The notes below the pieces were generated by a model. It was not told the origin of the DNA and did no database searches. It was given only the letters and a program-made list of their open reading frames with translations. The position numbers were made by a program, and so were the translations under genes. Below are positions 33,218 through 42,975 of a stretch of 64,000 nt of DNA, in pieces; position 1 is the first letter of the stretch; the number at the start of each line of letters is the position of its first letter. This DNA comes from an uncultured cyanobacterium (lineage in GTDB: Bacteria > Cyanobacteriota > Cyanobacteriia > Cyanobacteriales > CAWUOF01), in contig CAVUSO010000001.1 of NCBI GenBank assembly GCA_963744145.1, positions 2,208,001 to 2,272,000 of the forward strand, written 5' to 3'.

Positions 33218-33311
33218 GTTTTGATGGGGAAAATATTTAATTAGTTATGATCGCGATCGCTAATTGGTTGAATTGATTGGTAGATGCGATCGCTAACATT
33301 CCAAATTTTTA

Positions 33312-33764
33312 TTACTGATTGAAAAAATTAGACTTCAAAGTTTCTTCTAGAGTAAAAGGTGATTCTTTGGGGAAAAAGTTTAATTTAATCCCTGTTTCCT
33401 CAGATGCTTTCACACAAGCTTTTTGATAACAACCATCAAATACTTCTAAAATTACAGCTTTTAAGCTAGGACTATCCTCTAACAATTCTTCGATATCAAT
33501 CCGCTGTTCAGTGATTGTACTACGCCAACTTTCACTACGTTTCTCTGGCTGATATTGCCATTTTAATAGGTGCATTAAAAGTACAATCAAACGACTTCTT
33601 AATTCTCGTCTTTCACTTCGGCCCATAGATTCAATTTCTTCAATTAAATTAGGAATATCTATCTCATTAAATTTACCATCTTTTAAAGATTGAGCTGTTG
33701 TTTGCAACCATAAATAAAAATCTTGCTCATAAATACTTTTTGGAATTGCGCTCGGCCATTTCAT
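33312..33764 (-). CDS. DUF29 family protein
   Basis: YEQDFYLW, NLIEEIESMGRSE, LLMHLLKWQYQPE, SPSLK, A..ETG...FP..SPF. Confidence 0.92.
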   Translation of the reverse strand: MKWPSAIPKSIYEQDFYLWLQTTAQSLKDGKFNEIDIPNLIEEIESMGRSERRELRSRLIVLLMHLLKWQYQPEKRSESWRSTITEQRIDIEELLEDSPSLKAVILEVFDGCYQKACVKASEETGIKLNFFPKESPFTLEETLKSNFFNQ

Positions 33765-33930
33765 ATTTAATCTCCAATATTGATTGATTAACAGAGCAAA
33801 AGCTTACTCTAGTATCATTATATTTAATCACAATTTAGAATAGATATATATTTCTAATTTAATAGCGATCGCGACCAATTAGCCATAAAAATAGTTAAAA
33901 TTCTAGTCACAACCTTACCAGATATTTTCT

Positions 33931-34893
33931 ATGAATAATCCTACCCGCTTGCCACCTCACTTCGATCTACCACTCTTATCACAGCAAAACTTGCCGACCA
34001 TGTATGATTTACCAAGCGAAGATCCAGAGGAGCCAGGGTTGCCAGATACTTTTCACCTCGACCAACCGCTATTTTTAGATTTGACTTTCAAACCTGAGAA
34101 CTACGACCCAGAACAAGTTTTCAGCGCGATCGATCTCTATCTTTACTACGATATCAACCACCTCAACTGGCATAAGCGCCCTGATTGGTTCGCGGTTGTG
34201 GGTGTGCCACGTTCCTACGATGGTTGGGATATGCGTTTAAGCTATGTAATGTGGCAAGAACTTGTTAGCCCCATTGTGGTGGTGGAGTTATTATCTCCTG
34301 GTACAGAAAAAGAAGATTTAGGACAGAGGGTTAGTTTACCAGGCGAACCACCAACGAAGTGGGAAGTTTACCAGGAAATCCTCATGGTGCCCTACTATGT
34401 AGTTTTTAGCCGCTACACCAACGAGATGCAAGCTTTTCAATTGATTGATGGTAATTATCAACCTGCTAATTTGACTGATGGACGTTTGGTAATTCCTCAA
34501 ATCGGATTAAGTTTAGGTTTGTGGGAGGGGGCTTTTAAAAATCAAGCGCGATTATGGTTGCGCTGGTTTACGGCTGAAGGAAATTTGATTCTTACGACCG
34601 AAGAGAAATTAGTCGAAGTCGAACTCGAAGCGATCGCCGCTCAACGACAAGCCGAACAGCAAATAGCTCAAGCTCAACAACAAGCCAAACAGCAAATAGC
34701 TCAAGCTCAACAACAAGCCAAACAGCAAATAGCTCAAGCTCAACAACAAATAGCCCAAGTCCAACAACAAGCTGATGAAGCCCAACGACAAGCTAACCAA
34801 GCTCAACTTGAAGCGATCGCCGCTCAACAACAAGCGGAAAGACTAGCGGCAAAACTCCGAGAGTTGGGTGTTGATCCAAATACATTGGCTTGA
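33931..34893 (+). CDS. Uma2-family PD-(D/E)XK putative endonuclease with Gln/Ala coiled-coil tail
   Basis: LPTMYDLPSEDPEEPGLPD.FH, KRPDWF, VVELLSPGT, LWLRW, ERLAAKLRELGVDP. 33-bp tandem units at about 34657-34755. Confidence 0.9.
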   Translation: MNNPTRLPPHFDLPLLSQQNLPTMYDLPSEDPEEPGLPDTFHLDQPLFLDLTFKPENYDPEQVFSAIDLYLYYDINHLNWHKRPDWFAVVGVPRSYDGWDMRLSYVMWQELVSPIVVVELLSPGTEKEDLGQRVSLPGEPPTKWEVYQEILMVPYYVVFSRYTNEMQAFQLIDGNYQPANLTDGRLVIPQIGLSLGLWEGAFKNQARLWLRWFTAEGNLILTTEEKLVEVELEAIAAQRQAEQQIAQAQQQAKQQIAQAQQQAKQQIAQAQQQIAQVQQQADEAQRQANQAQLEAIAAQQQAERLAAKLRELGVDPNTLA

Positions 34894-35187
34894 AATTGAC
34901 AATAGTCCGGCAATAGACAAGAAAGCAAAAGTCCTTATTGATCTATTTATTGACAGGCAAGATGCCTGTCCCACCAGAAAAAATCCCTTTTGTGGGACAG
35001 GCATCTTGCCTGTCCTATTTATTTTTGCAAGAGGTCTAATTAGTACCAAACTGGTTACGAATAAAGTCGCGATCGCACCTTGAAAAATATAACGTCTTTG
35101 TTGCTCTGGGGATGGGTATTGGGCGTAATACATTTGAGGCTCAGTGGCGTAGTTGTTGAGGATGCCTTCTTCATTGGTGGTATACAT
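34843..35187 (-). CDS. psb34: Psb34 (Ssl1498-family) PSII assembly protein; C-terminus altered by MITE insertion
   Basis: MYTTNEEGILNNYATEPQMYYAQYPSPEQQRRYIFQGAIATLFVTSLVL matches the family. Residues after position 35039 derive from the MITE. Confidence 0.75.
   Translation of the reverse strand: MYTTNEEGILNNYATEPQMYYAQYPSPEQQRRYIFQGAIATLFVTSLVLIRPLAKINRTGKMPVPQKGFFLVGQASCLSINRSIRTFAFLSIAGLLSISSQCIWINTQLSEFCR
34914..35038. mobile_element. MITE with TAGAC...GTCTA ends (TA flanks) and internal GGACAGGC hairpin pair
   Basis: Left end tagacaagaaagcaaaa, right end ttttgcaagaggtcta; internal gacaggcaagatgcctgtcc / ggacaggcatcttgcctgtcc. Confidence 0.7.
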
Positions 35188-35218
35188 TTGGGTTACTCCT
35201 GGTTAGCATTGATTTCCT

Positions 35219-35236
35219 TATGTAAATAAATGTAAC
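35219..35236 (-). promoter_or_regulatory. HLR1 (RpaB-binding) direct repeat upstream of psb34
   Basis: Minus strand GTTACATT-TA-TTTACATA fits (G/T)TTACA(T/A)(T/A)-N2-(G/T)TTACA(T/A)(T/A). Confidence 0.65.
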
Positions 35237-35589
35237 AGATTGTTAAGAAAGATTGCTGTGACTTGACAAGGGAATTGGTGTGATGTTGAACACAAGGAAT
35301 TTGCTCCAATCAGTAAGAAATACCCAAAAAGTTTTCAGCATAGGGAATTCTGGAGGTTTTAGGCTGGTAAGATTTTTTTAGTAGGAAACTGGTAGTGAGT
35401 GAATTTTGTTTAAATTATCTCAATTAATGAAAATATTGTTAAATAACTAAAGGGTTGTGTTTTTGTCCTTAGTTTCTTAGTTCTAGTAGCGATCGCTCTA
35501 TCAGGTTAAAATCCACCCAAACTCTTAACATTGGACTGCATCTATATTAGTACCAGACTGGTTCGCGATCGCACTTTGACCGCAAAAGC

Positions 35590-35745
35590 GATGGGATTAG
35601 AAGATGTGTTTCGCGATCGTCAGTTTTCGTTAATCTGTTATCAGTGAGTGCTGCGATCGCCCAAATAGTTCCTGATGCAACTTTACCAGTCAATTCTCTA
35701 GTTACTAATAGTAATAATACCATTACTATCACTGGTGGGACTAAT
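35590..35745 (+). pseudogene. Remnant N-terminus of a filamentous-haemagglutinin (TPS) exoprotein
   Basis: AIAQIVPDATLPVNSLVT..NTITITGGT is the typical start of cyanobacterial TPS domains. Similarity is lost after it and repeats follow. Confidence 0.7.
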
Positions 35746-35812
35746 ACCAGTTTCATAAATTTGTACTACATAAGATTGCTTGATCGCGAACAGAAAGGAA
35801 ACATCAACAGAA

Positions 35813-36185
35813 CCCTTCGACTACGCTCAGGGCAAGTTTTGTCCAGATTTGTAGGGGCAAAGCATTTCGGCAGATCAATAATTGCTTAGAGCGAGAGAAC
35901 TATAACCGAAATGCTTTGCCCAGCCATTGATGAATCAAATCGATTGACTATATAGATGATCTGTAGTCAGAATTTCCCTAATTGCTATAAATTGGATTTT
36001 CATAGCTTTAGTTGATCTGTTGGCTGCATAGATGGTGAGGGCAAAGCATTTCGGTAATATTATTCTGAGTTGAAGCCATCATTGATTTGCCGAAATGCTT
36101 TGCCCCTACAGTTAACTGAACCATATTGATCTCTAGTCAGAATTTCAATAATTGGTATAAGGTTGGAGGGAATTTATTTCATAGT
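35813..36185. repeat. REPIN-like cluster (two GGGCAAAGCATTTCGG...CCGAAATGCTTTGCCC stem-loops plus a CCCTTCGACTACGCTCAGGG REP)
   Basis: Arms at 35855-35870 / 35906-35921 and 36039-36054 / 36090-36105. Each is followed by a similar gatct.tagtcagaatttc segment. Confidence 0.85.
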
Positions 36186-36265
36186 TTTAAAGATTTTTCA
36201 GTGCCGACTAAAGGCACTAAAAATAGTTAAAATTCTAGTCACAACCTTATTGGATGTTTTTTTTT

Positions 36266-37145
36266 ATGAATAATCCTACAGGCTTGCGACCGAACTTCGA
36301 TCTACCACTCTTATCACGGCAAAACTTGCCGACCATGTATGATTTACCAAGCGAAGATCCAGAGGAGCCAGGGTTGCCAGATATTTTTCACCTCTACCAA
36401 CTGCAATTTTTAGATTTAACTTTCAAACCTGAGAACTACGACCCAGAACAAGTTTTCAGCGCGATCGATCTCTATCTTTACTACGATATTAACCACCTCA
36501 ACTGGCATAAGCGCCCTGATTGGTTCGCGGTTGTGGGTGTGCCACGTTCCTACGATGGTTGGGATATGCGTTTAAGCTATGTGATGTGGCAAGAACAAGT
36601 TAGCCCCATTGTGGTGGTGGAGTTATTATCTCCTGGTACAGAAAAAGAAGATTTAGGACAGACGGTTAGTTTACCAGGCGAGCCACCAACGAAGTGGGAA
36701 GTTTACCAGGAAATCCTCATGGTGCCCTACTATGTAGTTTTTAGCCGCTACACCAACGAGATGCAAGCTTTTCAATTGATTAATGGTAATTATCAACCTG
36801 CTAATTTGACTGATGGACGTTTGGTAATTCCCCAAATAGGGTGAAGGGGCGTATTGCAATACGCCCGTACTGTGGCAGGGGGCTTTTAAAAATCGAGCGC
36901 GGTTATGGTTACGATGGTTTACTGCTGAAGGAAATTTGATTCTTACTGCTGATGAGAAATTAGTCGAAATCGAACAAGCGATCGCCGCTCAACGACAAGC
37001 TGAACAAAAAATCGCCCAAGTCCAACAACAAGCCGAACAGCAAATAGCTCAAGCTCAACTCGAAGCGATCGCCACTCAACAACAAGCGGAAAGACTAGCG
37101 GCAAAACTACGGGAATTGGGTGTTGATCCAAATACATTGGTTTGA
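36266..37145 (+). pseudogene. Uma2-family endonuclease paralog disrupted by a REP palindrome
   Basis: Near-identical to 33931-34893. TGA at 36842-36844 and a frameshift at the palindrome 36847-36866; the C-terminus continues in another frame to 37145. Confidence 0.88.
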
Positions 37146-37325
37146 AATTGCTAGGGTGAACTAAATAGCGGGAAGTCCCAGGATAGATTCAGAGGGGATT
37201 TCTGGGAGAGCGTATGGGCCTGGGAGGGCGTATGGCCATACGCCCCTACGAAAATTAGAGATGATCTGATCGACCTATAACTAAACTAAGATTTGAAATG
37301 GTGAGAGTGAAGTAAGGGTCAGGTC

Positions 37326-38180
37326 ATGGACGCGATCGAGTTAAAATTTCTCCTGAAGTTACTGGAATTTCCGGATTATCGGGCTTCTATAACTGAGGTT
37401 AAACCAACTCCTAATCTCAATGCAGCAGAAAGAGATGTAATTTGTCGTCAATTAGCCGATCGCGGTTTAGTGGACTTGTCTATAGAAGTAATAAAATTTA
37501 AAATTGCGCCCCCTGGTAAAGTGCTACTGAAACTAGACACGGGGAAATTACCTATTACTAAACAAGAACTCAAAGTCCTCCAAGCTAGTGCTGAAGGTGT
37601 CATTACTCCCGCAGAAAGTGGAATTACTGGGGAAAATCGGCAAATCCTGATCCAAGGTTTAGTCGAAAGGGGTCTAATTAAAGCCGAAAAAGTCCAAATT
37701 AAAGAAGTATGGTTGACCGAAGGAGGACAGCAATATCTCCTCCATGAATATAATCCCAGTGGTAATGCACCGATGATTAGTTTGGATCTGCTTGGTAGTT
37801 ATTTACGATTAATGCGTAAATACTGGAAGAGTCTAGAACAAATTAATCCAGTAACATCTATACCACCAATTGTACCTGAAGAAAAAATTCAGGTTACCAT
37901 CACACCTACCAGTAAACCTAATGATGAAGAAATTTTGGCACTCATTCAAGATTTAGATCGACAAACGGGTTCGGACAATTATTTGCCAATTTTCCAGCTA
38001 CGAGAAAAATTAACCTTTATGTCTCGGGAAGAATTAGATCAGATACTCTATCGACTCCAACGGAATGACCAGATCGAACTCAGTTCCCTACAAGAAGCGA
38101 TCGCTTATACCCCGGAACAGATTGAATCTGGAATTCCCCAAAATGTCGGTGGTCCGCTCTTTTTTATTATAGTGACATGA
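37326..38180 (+). CDS. rcaD: RcaD-like protein with multiple predicted winged-helix segments
   Basis: MDAIELKFLLKLL..PDYR start and NYLPIFQLREKL..SREELDQILYRLQRNDQIELSSLQE...GIPQ..GGPLFFI end. Recalled as the RcaD family, and followed by an ATPase as rcaD-rcaG is in Calothrix PCC 7601. Confidence 0.65.
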   Translation: MDAIELKFLLKLLEFPDYRASITEVKPTPNLNAAERDVICRQLADRGLVDLSIEVIKFKIAPPGKVLLKLDTGKLPITKQELKVLQASAEGVITPAESGITGENRQILIQGLVERGLIKAEKVQIKEVWLTEGGQQYLLHEYNPSGNAPMISLDLLGSYLRLMRKYWKSLEQINPVTSIPPIVPEEKIQVTITPTSKPNDEEILALIQDLDRQTGSDNYLPIFQLREKLTFMSREELDQILYRLQRNDQIELSSLQEAIAYTPEQIESGIPQNVGGPLFFIIVT

Positions 38181-38308
38181 TAAAATAAATCCTGGACGGC
38201 GGATCGCGATCGCTGGACAACTAGCCATCCAACTCGATTAGCTGTTTACTGTCATTTTTCCTACTGGACTCTGTATTTGCCAAACACTTATCCATTTTTA
38301 TTGTAATT

Positions 38309-40330
38309 ATGCTATCTATCGATCAGATTATTCAACGAGATCCCAATCCTTTTGATGCTGAGACCTTTTGGTCGGGTAATTTTTGGCAAGAAAAACAAGA
38401 TCCAGCACTGACCGTTGTCTCCATTCATCGAGACTTAGTAGTTGATATTCAAAATATTCTCAATCAAGTAGCGATTGATCATCGGACTCGAACACTTCTC
38501 CTCGAAGGTGAAACTGGTTCGGGCAAAACTTATCTCTTGGGTAGACTTAAACGTCTGTTTAATTGCAAAGCTTTTTTTGTTTATATAGAACCATTTACTG
38601 CTAGTGATTATATTTGGCGGCATATTTTACGTTATACTGTTGATAGTTTACTAGAAATTCCTGCTGAACAAAAAGAATCCCAATTATTGCTCTGGCTCAA
38701 AGGATTATCTGCATTTGGTAAACGCAACTTGCGAGATTTATTCCAAGGTGAACGACAGGTTTTTATTCGCAATATTAGTGATTCCTATCCAGCGGGTATT
38801 TATAACGCTGGAGAGTTTTTTGGTGTTCTCTATGACTTGACTAATCCCAAATTATCTCGGTTAGCTTGTGAATGGTTACGTGGAGATGATTTAGATGAAG
38901 ACAGTTTAAAGACGCTGCGAGTCCAAAATTCAATTGAAACCGAAGATGCAGCTCAGAAAATGTTAGCTAATTTTGGGAGAATTTCAGCGGAAACTGTACC
39001 AATTGTATTATGTTTTGATCAATTAGATAATATTGCTCGCACCTCAGAAGGACAGATAGATTTGCAAAGTTTGTTTAATGTTAATTCGATTATCCACAAT
39101 CAAAAGCTGAAAAATTTTCTCGTAATTATTAGTATTATAACAGATACTTGGCGACAAAACAAGAATCGCATTCAACCGACAGATAAGGATCGGATTGATA
39201 CAGAGATGCAACTTAAACAAATTACGATCGAACAAGCAGAAGAACTCTGGATCAGTCGTCTCAATCCTTTACATCGACAATCCTATCCCCTACCTAATTC
39301 TCATCTGTTTCCTTTATCTAAGCAAATTTTAGAAGAGAATTTTCCTGGTAGTAAAACTAAACCCCGAAATGTTTTGATGCTAGGAAGACAGGTTTTTCAA
39401 GATTATAAAGTTGGGCTATTTCGCAATTATGATTCATTACAGCTTAATCATAATCATCATCAACCAGTTAATCCAGTTCATACAGTTACAGATTCCTTAG
39501 CAGCATTTAAATTAGTTTGGCGGAAGAAATTTAACCAAACTCAGGAAAGAATTTCACGAATTCGTCAACTAGCTTCACCAGAATTAATTCAAATGTTAGC
39601 TGAAGCATTAGCAGCTCTACAAGTAGCAGGGATTCAACCGCGTCTGTTACCACGAAGCTATGCAAGTTATTCGATTAGCTATCAAAATGTAAATGCTCAA
39701 AGACGCGGATTAGTCTGGACAGAAGATTTGAATATGACTAAGTTTTGCAATTTGATGAAATCTTGTCAAGAGGCGATCGATGAGGAATTGTGCCATAGTT
39801 TATATCTGATTCGCTATGAAGGAATTGGAACGCAAAGTAATATGGGTTATCGACTTTATTCACAAATTTTCAATAATTCCCATCATGCTCATATCATGCC
39901 AGATTTGACTTCTATTCATTATTTAGCAACTTATCATAGTTTGGTAAATGATGCTTATTCCGGTGAATTGGTAGTGGGCGATCGCACTCCTGATTTAAAA
40001 GAATTAGAAAATTTAATTCGGGAGTCAAATATCTTCCAAGATTGCCAACTTTTACAAGATTTAGGGGTAATTCCATCTACTCCTAATATTGACAATAAAG
40101 AAACAGATTGGCGCAGTGTGGAAGATTTGCTGTTAAATCTAATTGTCAATCAAAAATGTATCGCTCGACACCGATTGACTCAAGAAGTCTTAAGCCAGTT
40201 TTCCGAGTTAAATGAATCGGACATAAATCACCTGATTGGTAATTTATGTCAGGAGCATGAAAATATCCAAATTCATAATCCGAATGCCAAACTGGAAGAA
40301 CAACTGGTAGTCATGAAAAGCGAAAAATAA
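38309..40330 (+). CDS. P-loop AAA+-type ATPase (RcaG-like), paralog 1
   Basis: NPF motif, Walker A GETGSGKT, Walker B IVLCFDQLD, KPRNVL sensor-II-like motif, helical C-terminal domain. Confidence 0.85.
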   Translation: MLSIDQIIQRDPNPFDAETFWSGNFWQEKQDPALTVVSIHRDLVVDIQNILNQVAIDHRTRTLLLEGETGSGKTYLLGRLKRLFNCKAFFVYIEPFTASDYIWRHILRYTVDSLLEIPAEQKESQLLLWLKGLSAFGKRNLRDLFQGERQVFIRNISDSYPAGIYNAGEFFGVLYDLTNPKLSRLACEWLRGDDLDEDSLKTLRVQNSIETEDAAQKMLANFGRISAETVPIVLCFDQLDNIARTSEGQIDLQSLFNVNSIIHNQKLKNFLVIISIITDTWRQNKNRIQPTDKDRIDTEMQLKQITIEQAEELWISRLNPLHRQSYPLPNSHLFPLSKQILEENFPGSKTKPRNVLMLGRQVFQDYKVGLFRNYDSLQLNHNHHQPVNPVHTVTDSLAAFKLVWRKKFNQTQERISRIRQLASPELIQMLAEALAALQVAGIQPRLLPRSYASYSISYQNVNAQRRGLVWTEDLNMTKFCNLMKSCQEAIDEELCHSLYLIRYEGIGTQSNMGYRLYSQIFNNSHHAHIMPDLTSIHYLATYHSLVNDAYSGELVVGDRTPDLKELENLIRESNIFQDCQLLQDLGVIPSTPNIDNKETDWRSVEDLLLNLIVNQKCIARHRLTQEVLSQFSELNESDINHLIGNLCQEHENIQIHNPNAKLEEQLVVMKSEK

Positions 40331-40374
40331 TTTCCCTAGGAAAAATAGTTAAATCAAAACTTAGTAATTTGTTT

Positions 40375-42396
40375 ATGCCCAATTCTGTAGATATTGATCA
40401 GTTTCTTCGGTGCCAAGTAAATCCTTTTGACTCGACCACTTTTAGACCTGGAAATTTTTGGGAAGAACAGCAGGAAGCTGCTCTCACGGTTGATTCTATT
40501 CATCAAGAGGTAGTCAGCGATATAGAACAATGTTTAGATGGGGTGATTAAAGATCAACGGACAAGGACAATTTTACTAGCTGGAGATTCGGGTTCGGGCA
40601 AAAGTTATCTGTTGGGGAGATTAAAAGGTAATTTTAACCCAAAGGCATTTTTTGCTTATATTGGTCCTTGGCCCGAAAGCGATTTTATTTGGCGTCATAC
40701 TCTGCGGAATACGGTTGATAGTTTAACTTATATTCCAGATGGCAAAAAAGAGTCTCAGTTGTTGTTGTGGCTGAAAAGTTTATTGGAATTTAGCGATCGC
40801 AACATGATGACTATGTTACTGAACGAGCGACAGCTATTTATTCACAATTTAAAAAACGCTTATCCGACGGGAATTTATAATCCGAATGAATTTTTTGGCG
40901 TGCTATATGATCTGACTAATCCTCATTTAAGTCATTTAGCTTGTGAGTGGTTAAAAGGTGATGATTTAGATGAAGAAAGTTTGAAAGCTTTGCATGTAAA
41001 ACGGGCGATCGAAAATGAAGAAACTGCTCAAAAAGTCTTAGCTAATTTTGGCAGAATTTCTGCATCGACTCAACCAATAGTCCTCTGTTTTGACAATTTA
41101 GATAATATCGATCGAGCGTTAGATGGATTTATTAACCTCCAAGCTTTGTTTACACTTAATTCAATTATTCACAATCAGAAATTAAAAAATTTCTTGATTG
41201 TTATTAGTATAGTTACTAATACCTGGAAATTTAATTCTAAACGCATCCAATCTGCTGATGTAGCTCGGATCGATTTACCGATTCAGTTAGAACAAATCAA
41301 TTTAGATCAAGCCGAATTAATTTGGGCAAGTCGTCTTTATCCCTTATATAAAAGGGCAAATTATCAACCAGATACACCAATTTATCCTTTGACTCGGAAA
41401 AATTTAGAAGATAATTTTGAAGGTGGAAAGACTCGTCCTCGTTATGTATTAATGTTGGGACGTCAGTTATTCCAAGAATTCAAAAATGGGACGATGATTA
41501 GGTTAGGAGAAAATGCCCAAGAACAACGTCATGATAATTTAGCTGCATTTCAATTATTATGGATTAAGGAATTTGATAAAACTCAGCAAAAATTAACTCG
41601 AATTCGTCAATTAGCTGGACCGGAATTAATCCAAATCTTGCGAGAAGCATTAGTTGCTTTACAAATTCAAGGAATTCAACCGAAACTATTACCAAGTCCA
41701 ACCTATGCTAGTTATTCTTTCAGTTATCATTTACCAAATCAACTCGGTCGAATTGGAATTTTATGGACAGAAGATCAGAATTTGACTAATTTTTATCATG
41801 TCATGAATGCTTGTCAAAAAGCTCTGAAGCAAAAATTATGTCAACATCTCCAACTAATTCGCGCTGATAACTTGGGAAATCCTAAGAATCAAGGATATAA
41901 GCTTTATGAAAAAATATTTAAGCGATCGCGTCATCATCATGTCATCCCAGATTTAGGATCAGTTCATTATTTAGCGACTTATCATAGTTTAGTGAATGCG
42001 GCTTGTGCTGGAGAGTTAGTAGTGGGCGATCGGACTCCTAGTTTAAATGATTTACAAGTGTTAATTCGTCAATCTAAGATTTTGCACAACTGTGTTTTAT
42101 TGCAAAATTTAGGTATTTTGAGCGGGCATAATTTAGAACAAAAACCTGAAGTTATCCCTAGGGTTGAAGTTAACAAACCGCTCAAAGAGGTAAAAGAGTT
42201 TTTATTAGCTTTAGTCAAAACTCAACAATTAATGGGATATCAAGTTTTGCTGGAAAATGTTTTGGGTCAGTTTCCCATCATGGAACAATCTGAAGTTGAG
42301 AGCTTAATTGCTCAAATTTGTGAAGAAAAACAAATGTGTATTATTGGTACTGATGCAAATCTAGAGTCTCAATTGGTTTGTTGGTTAAATAAGTAG
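40375..42396 (+). CDS. P-loop AAA+-type ATPase (RcaG-like), paralog 2
   Basis: NPF motif, Walker A GDSGSGKS, Walker B IVLCFDNLD, RPRYVL. Colinear with paralog 1 over its full length. Confidence 0.85.
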   Translation: MPNSVDIDQFLRCQVNPFDSTTFRPGNFWEEQQEAALTVDSIHQEVVSDIEQCLDGVIKDQRTRTILLAGDSGSGKSYLLGRLKGNFNPKAFFAYIGPWPESDFIWRHTLRNTVDSLTYIPDGKKESQLLLWLKSLLEFSDRNMMTMLLNERQLFIHNLKNAYPTGIYNPNEFFGVLYDLTNPHLSHLACEWLKGDDLDEESLKALHVKRAIENEETAQKVLANFGRISASTQPIVLCFDNLDNIDRALDGFINLQALFTLNSIIHNQKLKNFLIVISIVTNTWKFNSKRIQSADVARIDLPIQLEQINLDQAELIWASRLYPLYKRANYQPDTPIYPLTRKNLEDNFEGGKTRPRYVLMLGRQLFQEFKNGTMIRLGENAQEQRHDNLAAFQLLWIKEFDKTQQKLTRIRQLAGPELIQILREALVALQIQGIQPKLLPSPTYASYSFSYHLPNQLGRIGILWTEDQNLTNFYHVMNACQKALKQKLCQHLQLIRADNLGNPKNQGYKLYEKIFKRSRHHHVIPDLGSVHYLATYHSLVNAACAGELVVGDRTPSLNDLQVLIRQSKILHNCVLLQNLGILSGHNLEQKPEVIPRVEVNKPLKEVKEFLLALVKTQQLMGYQVLLENVLGQFPIMEQSEVESLIAQICEEKQMCIIGTDANLESQLVCWLNK

Positions 42397-42489
42397 AACT
42401 TATTGCTCCGAAGCAATGAAAATTAAATAATACCAGATTCACCAAGCACTACTAAACATCCAGATCCCCCTAAATCCCCAGAGGTCTAC

Positions 42490-42975
42490 TTGACACTCCC
42501 CGGTCTAAAGACGCAGAGATTCTTAAGACCAGCCTCAAGAGACGAGCTGAAAGGGATGGTCAAACTCCCCCTAGACGCTCAAAACAACTACCAGTACAAG
42601 AGGTATTGCAATTGCGGTTACTTTTCATCACTTTCAGAATCCATCACAACAGCCAGATCCGGTACGCTCGGCAACCTGCCTTTACTTGCCATCCCTCGTC
42701 ATACGCCATTAGGTTTTCCTAATCCGTTGTTACTCGGTGGCTGGGATTTCTCCGATACTAGGATGCTTTCAACAGGTAGATGGTTTATTATTCTTACTTG
42801 TTCTTGTATGCTAACATACTTTTGATTAGTTAGCCAGGTTTTAAAAAGTTTAAGTAAGGGCGCAAGAGCTCTTGCGCCCCTTCACGGCAGCGATATTTTC
42901 TGTGTACGGGCGTATTGTGCGCCCCTTCTGTTTTCATCCCCGGCTTAAAAGCCGGGGTTTTCAACTCTGCTCCTT
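42490..42975 (-). mobile_element. Non-autonomous IS200/IS605-family element (both ends, no transposase)
   Basis: Minus-strand right end GAAT-hairpin(ctctgcgtctttagaccggggag)-tg-TCAA; left end TTAT|aaggagcagagttg-AAAA-ccccggcttttaagccgggg. Confidence 0.8.

Noticed and set aside
35851..36109. CRISPR-like repeat-spacer pattern
   Set aside because: The repeats are 16-bp inverted arms of stem-loops, not direct 25-45 bp repeats, and there are only two units.
33931..37145. Diversity-generating retroelement template/variable pair
   Set aside because: Differences between the Uma2 copies are not adenine-specific and there is no reverse transcriptase.
42490..42825. 111-aa ORF as a real gene or TnpB fragment
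   Set aside because: It starts in the element's terminal hairpin, runs antisense to the inferred orientation and has no RuvC motifs. The CNCG match is too weak.
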